A stretch of DNA of 64,000 nt from Octopus sinensis. Taxonomy: Eukaryota. Below are positions 52,848-64,000 of the stretch, one piece after another (positions within the stretch are counted from its first letter, which is position 1; every line of letters starts with the position of its first letter). The notes beneath the pieces are model-generated. The model was not told where the DNA came from, searched no databases, and worked only from the letters and a program-made list of their open reading frames with translations. Where the stretch lies: positions 43,276,001-43,340,000 of the forward strand of contig NC_043013.1 in NCBI RefSeq assembly GCF_006345805.1. Direction: 5' to 3'. The position numbers were made by a program, and so were the translations under genes.

Positions 52848-54619
52848 TATATATATATAAATATCGGGTGTGTCTTTGTGTATGTTTGTCCTCCACTACC
52901 ACTTGACAACTGGTATTGGTGTGCTTAACTCCCTGTAACTTAGCGGTTCGGCACAAGAGACCGATTAAAGAACAAGTTCCCGGTTTTAAAAGAAAATAGG
53001 TATTGGGGTCGATTAACTCGAGTAAAATTCTTCACGGATGTGCTCCAGCATGGCCGCAGAGTAATGATTAAAACAAGTAAAAGATATATAAGATATATTC
53101 ACACAAACACGCATATTCCTTCTTCCCTTGACTTGAAAATGTTTAACCAATCCCTTTCCTTCTCTCTCTCCCCCCCATTTTTTCTTCTTTCACTCATTCA
53201 TTCTTACATATCGCTCTTTCCCTCTCTTATTCATTCTTTGTTAACGCTTCTCCATTAAAGGCGGAGGGATGGTGCCGAAAAAAAATGCTTTGGAGCTTTT
53301 CTTCTGACTTTACGCTCTGAGTTCAAATTCCGCGTGGTCCACTTTGCTTTTCATCCTTTCGGGGCGATTGAAATAAGCTCAGTTGAACACTGGGGTCGAG
53401 ATAAAACTTACCCCATCCCCTGAAATTGCTGGCCTTGTGCCAGTATTTGAAAGTAATATATTTTTGTCTGTCATAGGTGCAAGCATGGCTGTGTGATTAA
53501 GAAGCTGGCTTCCCAAACACGTGGTTCTGGGTTCAGTCCCACTGCGTGACACCTTGGGCAAGTGTTTTCTTCTATAGCTTTGGGCCGACCAAAGCCTTGC
53601 AAGCGGACTTTGTATACGGAAACTGAAAGAAGCCCATCATGTGTGTGTGTGTTCTCTTCCACCACCGGTGATGGTATGTGCACGTACTCGTAACTTAGCG
53701 TTTTGGCAAAAGAGAGAGATAGACTAAGTACCAGGCTTCAAATAATTAAATTCTGGAAGTGAGGTGATTCATTCGACTGAAGCCCTTTAAGGCTGTGCCC
53801 CAGCATGGCCGCAGTCAAATGACTAAAACGAGAAAAGCTTAAAAGAAATATAAAAGACTAGCATTAAAGACCCGTCGTTGCCGGGTCATAGTGCTAGTGC
53901 AAGTATATATGTGTATATATATGTGTACATATTACATGTACATCTATATATATATATACATCTACACATAAAATACAAAATACAAAGTTATATCTTGATA
54001 TCGCTAGTGATAACAATACTCAAAATATATAACAGACTGGAATTGTTAGCCCGTCTCTTGTAATTTCGATCAATTGTATCTTGTCCTCCCTCTTGTATAG
54101 AAGTGTGGCTACAATCCAGTTTACCTCTACTTCGTGGGGTGGGGGGCGCATTTTAAATTTTTTTTCCGGGACGTCCTACATCCCAGATATAAAGGTAAAA
54201 ATAAAATATTTCCACTTTGCAAGTTCGAGTCGAGTACTCCCTTGCACGCTCCGCTGATTCGAACCTTGCTTCTATTGTGGCGAATTTACCGCCTCTGATT
54301 AGATACCTTTCATAGTCGCACCAAGACACTTTTCGAAGGTGCTTTCCTCCATGTAATTTCTTTATTATTTTTTCTCTCCATTGTATACCTTATAGACAAT
54401 AGTCTTTTCTTTAATTTAATTTTTTATTATCCATCTGGACTATTCCATTTCTGCACGCTAATATTATTTTTAATTTATTCCCATTCATGTGAAACCACTT
54501 ATTCAAGTTCAAATCATTGATGCAATTTTATACCAATTGCTATTTTTACTTTTGTCATGTTACTTTAGTTTGATTTTAATTATTACTTACTACATATAAT
54601 TCAATTGTTATTATTATTT

Positions 54620-54894
54620 TTATTGTTAAAGTGAAAGTATCTAACATAAAATAGAGAAACGTTTTTGTTTCACTTTTAACACGTAATACTGAAATAGTGG
54701 AGAAGATATGATATTGCTATGGGCTCGCTCTAGGCAAGAAGTTGAACATTTTTTTTTTTGCCGATGACACTCCCCGGACCCTAAGTAAGGCATGTGTAAA
54801 ATTTGAATGAAATTGGTTGTGTAGTTCTCAAGTTTTAGGGAAACACACAGACAGACATACAGACACACATTCTCAGTTTTATATATATATAAGA
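54620..54894 (-). mobile_element. Helitron-like 5' fragment
   Basis: TCTTATATATATATAAAACTG..TGTCTG start resembles the 6128 element. Confidence 0.4.
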
Positions 54895-54991
54895 TTTATC
54901 TCGGTCTATGTTGCTTCCATCGTTTACTCTCGATTCAGTCACCGAAAGATATTTCCCATTGTCCATTCATAATTTAAATTTCTTTCCACAG

Positions 54992-55030
54992 GCCATCGTG
55001 TCTTGGGTGTTGGAACAAAAAGAGGACTGA
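54992..55030 (+). CDS. aminotransferase coding exon 12 (terminal)
   Basis: tttccacag|GCC, encodes AIVSWVLEQKED*. Total CDS is 1299 nt. Followed by (CAA)n, with candidate polyA signals at about 55113 (ATTAAA) and 55461 (AATAAA). Confidence 0.8.
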   Translation, partial: AIVSWVLEQKED

Positions 55031-55190
55031 AAGATTTCAAACAGCAACAACAACAATAACAACAACAGCAACAACAACAACAACAACAGCAACACCAACA
55101 ACAACCTCAGGCATTAAAGACGGTAATGAGGAAAACTGACAATCTATTTATTAATCCTATAACCTACCCTACTTCCCCACCTCCACCATA

Positions 55191-55271
<81 letters not shown>

Positions 55272-55284
55272 GTATATATATATT

Positions 55285-55318
<34 letters not shown>

Positions 55319-55559
55319 ATATATACATACATACATACAAAAATATGTATATATACATGAATGTATATATATATATATATATAAATATGTATGCATATAT
55401 ATATAGAGAGAAATAGATAAATAGATATAGATGTATATATGTATGTATGTATAAACCTGTAATAAAATGGAGATTTTATACATCATCCACACTCACTAAT
55501 TTTCATATACACTTCTACACTCGCCGCTTGAAAATTTTTCATTATATATACATATATAC

Positions 55560-55644
<85 letters not shown>

Positions 55645-55965
55645 TTTGTATGCATATATATCTATATGTGTGTATATGTATATATATATATATATGTATG
55701 CATATAAACGTATGTGTGTATATGTACATATACATACATTCATACATATATATATATATATATGCATATATATATGTATAAATGTGTATGTATGTTTGTA
55801 TGTATGTATGTATGTATGTATGTATGATTGTGTGTATGCATAAGTGTGTGCGGACATGTATGTAAACACACACACACGCATGCATACACACACACACTCA
55901 CACATTTGTTTGTTTGTATATATGTACAAATAAATATCAGGACTAATACTCGCATATTCTCTACC

Positions 55966-56660
55966 CTGGGCCGGTCTTACAATATGTGACCCTCTTCTGC
56001 TACCCATTGAATGCGCTTCCTCCTAACCCTACAATATACGCCCCCTTCAGGTAGCCCTAAATTTTGCGTCCCTTTCTTCCAACCTTACAATATGCGCTCC
56101 CTTCTCTCAGTTCTGCAATGTGAAGTCACTTCTCCCAGCCCAAGAATATGCACCCCCTTCTCTTAGTCCCACAGTGTACGGTCCCTTCTCCCAACCCTAA
56201 AATAATATCCCTTTCTACCCGTTATTTTGTGTGCGGCCCATTTTTCCAGCCCTACAGCATGCGCCCCCTTCCATCTATAAAGTACGGCCTCTTCTTTCAG
56301 CCCTACAATATGTGTGGCCCCTTCTCCCAACTCTACACATGCACTCCCCCCAGCCTAACAGTTTGTGGCCCCCTCTCCCAGCTCTGTAGTGTACTCTCCC
56401 TTCTACTAATCTTATAATGCGCGCCCTGCACTTTTCTCCCTGCACTTCTATATACCCGCATATTCTGTACCCTGGACCTGTCTTATAATATGTGTCCCCA
56501 CCACCTTTTTCCCATTTACAGAGTGCGGCTCCTTCTCCCAGCCCTATAGTTTGCAGCTCCACATTGTCCTTTCCCCTTCTTCCAAGCCAATATTATCCAG
56601 CTCTTCCCCCCGTTTTACGATGAGCTCCCATCCCCCCCCCCCGCATTAAAATATGCTTAC
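55966..56660. repeat. degenerate C-rich tandem array, unit about 28-30 bp
   Basis: Consensus approximately CAGCCCTACAATATGCGCCCCCTTCTCC. Confidence 0.7.
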
Positions 56661-57112
56661 CATTATCTCATCCCTACATTGTGCAAGCCTTTTAAAATTT
56701 CTTTTCTTCTACAGACTCCTCCAGTTGTCACCTTCTCCACACCTGCAAAAAGGGAGCTGGAAATATCATAATTTGCACACGACAAGCCAAATATTTTATT
56801 CCCATGATTAATATTTTATTAATATTTTATTAACATTTATTAATATTTTATTAACCAGAGTAACTCCGTTATCTGCCATCCGCCGCTATTTCGAGAGTGA
56901 TCTCCCTTGTTCTTTTTATGGGTGAAATTTCGAATTTATGGATGGATAACGAATTTTGTTCAGATTTCTGTAGCACAAACCCGCACCGATTTTCATTGCC
57001 CGTGGCGATCGCCTCGTTTGCCTTGTATGTAGCACCGGCTCTGATGTGCGCGTGAGTGTATGTGTGTGTGTACGTAAAAACATTCGAATATACATGTATA
57101 CACTTACAGGCC

Positions 57113-57144
<32 letters not shown>

Positions 57145-57201
57145 TATATATATATATATATATACACACATTTAAATACCTTTACAAATACATATACAAG
57201 T

Positions 57202-57232
<31 letters not shown>

Positions 57233-57243
57233 AAATAATAATA

Positions 57244-57329
<86 letters not shown>

Positions 57330-57419
57330 TAATAATAATAATTTAGAAAACGCCTTTTTTTAAAGTTTCTCGAAAATGTATTCCAGAAGTTTCATCTACT
57401 GATTTTTCTAACAACACAT

Positions 57420-57471
<52 letters not shown>

Positions 57472-57724
57472 GCACACACACACACACAAACACACACACA
57501 CGCACACACACACACCACACACACACACACGCAAACACGCACACACAAACACACACCCGCGCACTCACACAAACAAATGCTTTCACACACACACACGCAC
57601 GTACACACGCGCTCAAACACACAAGCGCACGCATGCACACGCACATGTATATACATTCATATATATGTATATGCCCATATGTATGTTGATATATTTGCAT
57701 ATATGTATATATATATATATATAA

Positions 57725-57757
<33 letters not shown>

Positions 57758-58147
57758 AAGAGAGAGAAAGAGAGAGAAAGAGAGAGAAACATACATACAT
57801 ACATACATACATACATACATACATACATACATACATACATACATACATACAACATACATACATATATACACAGGTATGTTCGTGCAAACAGGAAAAGTAG
57901 AACTTAAAAAATGAGAGTATATGTGTGTTTTTGTTAATATTTAGCAGGCATACGGCGACGAGCTGGCAGAAATGCTGAGCCTTATTTCGTCTGCCGCTAC
58001 GTTCTGAGTTCAAATACCGTCGACGTCGACATTGCCTTTCATCCTTTCGGGGGTCGATGAAAAAAGTACCAGTCGAATACTAGGGTCGGTATACTCGACA
58101 CTATCTCCCTCCTCCCAATTTCAGTTCTTGTGCCTATAGCAGAAAGG

Positions 58148-58183
<36 letters not shown>

Positions 58184-58761
58184 TCAAATATTAGAATGAG
58201 TGTTCAATACAGAAGTTTTGCAATACCCCACGGATATAATGATATATCTCCTCCCTCTCTCCCTCTCTCTCTCTCTCTCTCTTTCTCTCACTCACTCACA
58301 CGCGTGCGCGCACACTCAATTCACCACACCTATATTATCAACAACAACAACAGCAATCATAAAAATTTACTGATTTGTAATTTCCATCGATGAGAAACAA
58401 ATTAATTTTAAGAAAAAAGTAATAATTTTTGAAACGATTTAATAAACGAAGTACTTTAAACAACTAACTGGGTGTTTATTTTTCTTTTTATGCCATATCA
58501 TGTTTTATTGCTTTATACGCACTTCTGACAAGTTGTGGTGCACCTGAGCACTCTTATACTCTTTTACTTGTTTCAGTCATTTGACTGCGGCCATGCTGGA
58601 GCACCGCCTTTAGTCGAGCAAATCGACCCCGGGACTTATTCTTTGCAAGCCCAGTACTTATTCTGTCGGTCTCTTTTTGACGAACCGCTAAGTGACGGGG
58701 ACGTAAACACACCAGCATCGGTTGTCAAGCAATGCTAGGGGGACAAACACAGACACACAAG

Positions 58762-58805
<44 letters not shown>

Positions 58806-59013
58806 TACGACAGGCTTCTTTCAGTTTCCGTCTACCAAATCCACTCACAAGGCATTGGTCGGCCCGAGGCTATAGCAGAAGACACTTGCCCAAGATGCCA
58901 CGCAGTGGGACTGAACCCGGAATCATGTGGTTGGTTAGCAAGCTACTTACCACACAGCCACTCCTGCGGCTGTATAGAATTATTTCATTATTATTATTAT
59001 TATTATTATTATT

Positions 59014-60970
59014 GAGATGAAAGGCAAAATGCTGAGCAAATTACATCAATGATTCTGAAACAATTACAAATGGACGACATTAACATTCAAGACTGTCGTG
59101 GACAAGCATTTGATAATGCGGCAGTAATGGCAGGTCATCGATCCGGTGTTCAAGCGCGCATCACAGAAGTTAATCCAAAGATTGTATTTGTGCCATGCAC
59201 CAATCACTCTCTGAATTTAGCAGCTTCAGTGGGTGCAGATTCAGTTACATTTTTGGGGGGCACATTGGACCGTTTATTTTCATTCTTCTCAGCCTCAACA
59301 CATCGATGGGATATCTTGATTGAGATAACTGGTGCAACTATCAAACGGGCTGGAGAAACGAGATGGAGTAGTCGAGCAGATGCAGTGAAAGTTGTACATG
59401 CAAAATTCACGGAAACCATCGCTGCGCTAGAACGGTTGATGGATGGAAGCACTCCGTCGGTTACGACGACGAGGGTTCCGGTTGATCAGATCAACAGAAC
59501 AGCCTGCTCGTGAAATTAACGTGTAAGTGGCTGAGCACTCCACAGACACGTGTACTCTTAACGTAGTTCTCGGGGATATTCAGCGTGACACAGAGAGTGA
59601 CAAGGCCGGCCCTTTTGAAATACAGGTACAACAGAAAGAGTGAGAGAAAGTTGTGGTGAAAGAGTACAGCAGGGATCACCACCATCCCTGCCGGAGCCTC
59701 GTGGAGCTTTTAGGTGTTTTCGCTCAATAAACACTCACAACACCCGGTCTGGGAATCGAAACCACGATCCTACGACCGTGAGTCCGCTGCCCTAACCACT
59801 GGGCCATTGCGCCTCCACGAACGGTTGATGAAAGATGCAGAAAACGAAACTACGGGATCTGATGCAGGTTTAATTCTTCAGGCGATGCTGTCATTTACTT
59901 TCTTGTCGTTTCCCGGCCTTTGGAGAGATATATTTCCTGAAATGAATGACACTCAAAAGTACCTCCAAATGAAAGGTCTGGAGTTGCAACAACGTACCAT
60001 TAAACTATCAGCCTTGAAAACTTCTCTTTTTGCAAGCAGAGACAAAACAGTAGATGACGCGTTGGCCTATTCAACCGAAATTTATTCTGATATGGGAATC
60101 AGCACAGAGCGTCGAATTCGCAAAAAAGAAAAAAAAAAAAGAAATGAGCTATGAAGAAAGAATCGATGCCGCTCTCAGCTACGACGCTGAGCTAAGAAGA
60201 GAAATGTTGTCAGTGATAGATAGACTGGTTGAAGAAATAACATCTAGATTCGAAAGACTTAACAATATTGCAAAGAAATACACCTTTCTCACACCGTCCA
60301 ATTTGTTAGATAAAGCGTGTTAATTGCGATGTAGATGCTTTTGATGAGAATATTCAGAGATGATATTTCCTGGTTGAGAGGGCAAGACTGCAAAATTATT
60401 TGGCGGCTGCTGACGCCGGAGACATAGAAGGGTCTTTGTAAGTTCTTCAGTTTATTCAGAAATATAATCTTATTGATTCATTGCCGAATATTGTAATACT
60501 TTTAAGAGTCTGCCTAACTCGTGTCATTAGTGTTGCTAGCGCGCGAACGGTCTTTTTCTAAACTAAAGCTCACCAAGAACCACCTTCAAGTCAACAATAG
60601 GTCAGACAAGGCTGACTGATTTGGCAATGCTATCCATAGAGTGCGACCTTGCGGATAAAATTAATTTTGATGAAGTCATTCAAGATTTCGCGAAGAGGAA
60701 GGCACGTAAAATCAATTTTTAAATCGTTAATTTTTGTAATTCACTCATCTTCTGTTCTCTAATATATTTTTCCTATTATTTTTTGTGTATAAACATAGTA
60801 AAAGTAAATTTGAGGGAAATAAGTGGTTGCTACAGTTTGTATTCTTATTTTGCATACATATATACCTGTATCATTCCGTTTTTTTGGCGTTTTGAAGTGT
60901 TGTTAGAACTTTTAAGGGGTCGCCAAATAAACATCCGCCCCGGTTGTCACTTGTGCTAGGTACGCTACTG
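59014..60970 (+). mobile_element. hAT transposon (ZMYM1-like transposase pseudogene), 5'-truncated, right TIR present
   Basis: GQAFDNAAVM.G..GVQ, CTNHSLNL (CxxH), ETRWS, and C-terminal SVAS..FSKLKL..LAMLSIE dimerisation remnant. Ends gctaggtacgctactg (CAGTAGCGTACCTAG on the minus strand). Confidence 0.9.
59442..59818 (-). mobile_element. SINE family C, full length with 12-bp TSD
   Basis: Head GTGGAGGCGCAATGGCCCAGTGGTTAGG..GTTTCGATTCCC. TSD GAACGGTTGATG at 59430-59441 and 59819-59830. Other copies at about 20260+, 38095- and 44532+. Confidence 0.9.
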
Positions 60971-61672
60971 TTCGTTACTCAGTCATCTCAGCGTTGGACC
61001 GTTCACCGTCACCAATTACCAACCACCGATGCATATCTGCAAGAACAATTGTTTTCCTTTGAAACAATGACTTCGATGATCACAATGGCTAGATAAAGCT
61101 CCCTCGTTGGCAAGGCGCTCGTATGGCCGTCTTATGTTGTGGTTATAAAGTTCGCTTTGCAACCACCTGCTTCCTTGAGCAAGTGATTTCTGTGACGGTT
61201 CGGATCGGAGCGAAAAATGGGTCGAGAGAAACTGTGCAATAAAAAAAAACAACAGATAAAATGTAAGGTGGATATATGAGCTAAGATGGAATAAACCTTT
61301 GAAGATGGTGTTACAGTATGGCCATGGTTCCAGAGATAAAGAATGAAATAAAAACTATAAAAGTCGTCTTAAGTTCATATTTCAATGTGTTTGTTATATT
61401 GTTTTCCATTGCTTTGTATTCTTTCTGTCAATGTCAACCGACCGAAAAGTTTCCCCATAAAATGCAGGACCTTGATAGAAATAGAAGCCAAATGTCTGAC
61501 AAACCACACGTTAAAGAAGATATGAGTAACTTTTTTCGAGAGACAAGTTGCATGAAATACGGCTCTGCCTCTGTCGCTAAAGCAATCGCGACACCAGCAC
61601 CTGTTCTGGCACTGATTTTCTATATATCGCTGGCGGGGAGATGGCTCGCTGTTATTTATAGTAGTCGAGCGT

Positions 61673-61719
61673 CCGTTACTGACGAGACCAAGGAAGGTCG
61701 AAATCAAGTGAACTGGTGG
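61673..61719 (+). ncRNA. type-I hammerhead-like motif, cleavage-site U mutated
   Basis: CCGUUA-CUGACGA-GACC(AAGGAA)GGUC-GAAA-UCAAGUGA-AC-UGGUGG. The homolog at 50063-50109 (-) retains the AUC site. Confidence 0.65.
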
Positions 61720-62916
61720 TCTCGACACTTACGTTAATGAGGATTTGTCTCCCCTCTAGCGATATAAAACAGCCTATATGATAGATTCTCTCACGTTATC
61801 TACAGCAATAAAGTCCAATAGAAGATTCACGTTTAAGTGGGAATAAATATTAGCTTTTGATATTAACACTGCTTCTATGGCTAAAATATATTTGAATTAA
61901 AGAATAAAATTGGTATTTCATTCAGAAAGTTCCGCGGCCGCACTTTGCCCGGGACTGCTTTGTTGTCTTCAAAGTGGAAAGCCACTTTGAGAGTGTCCTT
62001 GGCTATTCTCCACGGCAACGCCATCGTGGTCATTACCACGGGTCGCGACTGACCGCGTCATTTGTTCTGGGGTATGTACCCATCACCCCTTCCCCCTCTA
62101 CATTATGCTGCTTTACCCCTCCTCCTTGTTTCTTTTCCTCTTTTTTCCCCTATTTCTTCTTATTTAATTGGTAAATAAAATATGTGAGTGAATACATACA
62201 ACGCCTCTACAGACAGAGAAAGAAAAGAATATTAAAAAAAATTAACATTGAGCAATATAATTCCAGGACTGTGTGGTAAGAAACTTCCTTCCTAACCACA
62301 TGGTACCGGGTTCACTCCCACTGCAGGGCACCTTGAGCAGGCGTCTTCTACTATAGCCTCGGGCCGATTATAAGCTTTATTATTGGATTTAGTAGATGGA
62401 AACTAAAAGAAGCCCGTCTCATATATATGTACTTATGTGTGTATGTGTATATATCTATGTATGTGAGTCTTTGTGTCAGTGTTTCTCCCCACTTTCTTTC
62501 TTTCTTTCTTGACAACTGGTGTTGGTGTGTTTACGTCCCCTTAACTTAGCATTTCGGCAAAAGTGGCTAATAGAATAAGTTCTAGGCTTTAAAAATAAGA
62601 AGGCCTGGAGTCGATTTTTTCGACTAAAGAAAAAAAACCTTTAAGGCGGTGCCCCAGCATGGTCGCGGTTAAATGACTAAAAGACAAAAGGCAATTTGGT
62701 ACATCTCCGAAAAACGAAAGAAAAGCATTCTTTTATTTGTTTCAGTCATTTGACTGTGGCCATGCTGGAGCACCGCCTTTAGTCGAACAACTCGACCCCA
62801 GGACTTATTCTATCGGTCTCTTTTGCAGAATCGCTGTGTTACGGGGACGTAAACACACCAGCATCGGTTGTCAAGTGATGGTGGGGGGACAAACACACAC
62901 GTGTGTGTGTGCGTGT

Positions 62917-62978
<62 letters not shown>

Positions 62979-64000
62979 ATACATATATGACGGGCTTCTT
63001 TCAGTTTCCGTCTACCAAATTCGCTCACAAAGCTTTGGTCAGCCCGAGGCTATAGTGGAAGACACTCGCCCAAGATGCCACGCAGTAGGACCGAACCCGG
63101 AACCATGTGGTTGGTAAGCAAGTTACTTACCACACAGCCACTCCTACGCCTATCTTTGGTTAAAGATCTGTTCGATCGGGGTCTGAACGATGACAAACAA
63201 CCATAACTCAAAATGGAGAGTTTCTACGCTGTTGCTCAACCGGCTAGAAATAGCAGCCAAATTTGTGTCACATCACACCCCTTTTCTTCTTCTTCTTAAA
63301 ATCCAAAGATATATCAGCGACGTAGCTTTGGATTTACAAAAAGACGAATTAGTTATGGCTAAAACATCGTCGATTAATATATCTTCTGCTCGGTCGATAA
63401 CGGATTATTTGAGGAGAAACCACACTAACATTGATATGGAACATTTGAAAAACGGGTATACGTTATATCTGACTCTACTGGTGGTGGTGGTGGTGGTGGT
63501 GAAGTTAGTAATGTGGGTATGAAGTTAGTAAATTGAGTATCGCTGGAGTTATCCCCCATGATTTAAAGGAAGATAACTCTAGCTGAGATTCAATTTGTCA
63601 AAGAAAATTCATTTATAAACCTGATCATCGCACAGAACGCTACAATGAACGTCACTATTTTATTAGTTCGTCAATGATGTGTGGTGATGAATTAGAATTA
63701 TTTTATCGCTGATGTTTGTCTCCAAATTAGTCCAGATTGAGGAAATCTTTGGTCAAAAGCGTTCTCTCAATGACCACTCCATCTTCGTGTATATATATAT
63801 ATATATATATAACAAATTAATAAATAAAACATATGCATATATACATACATATATATACGTACCTACCTCTACATGTATATATACATGCATATATGGGTAC
63901 AGGATACCAAAAAAACGTCGAACACAATGAGAAACGAAAACATAAACACAAAACCAAGGAAATGGACATTTTTCTTAAACAATGAAAAAATAGAGTACAG

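Noticed and set aside
61318-61737. 139-aa and 117-aa ORFs on opposite strands
   Set aside because: They overlap a non-coding dispersed repeat whose second copy (50055-50230) does not preserve either frame.

Overview
AT-rich, microsatellite-saturated animal genomic DNA. The repeat landscape suggests an octopus/cephalopod, but that is inference. One protein-coding gene was reconstructed by hand: a + strand fold-type-I (class I/II) PLP-dependent aminotransferase with 12 coding exons (13040-55030, 1299 nt, 432 aa, all GT-AG introns with matching phases). Nearly all other ORFs in the track are microsatellite read-throughs or transposon remnants. Mobile elements include Tx1/L1-clade LINEs (one with an almost intact EN-RT ORF), R4/Dong-like RLE retrotransposons sitting in (TAA)n, mariner, hAT and Helitron-like elements, several MITEs with visible TIRs/TSDs, and at least three tRNA-derived SINE families. 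The main unexplained signal is a dispersed set of minimal type-I hammerhead-ribozyme-like motifs, most with palindromic stem III. Two unrelated copies carry the same CUGAUAA (G8A) core. There is also direct sequence evidence that the commonest SINE shares its 3' tail with the Tx1 LINE. Repeat boundaries are approximate unless a TSD or TIR is quoted, and no database searches were run.
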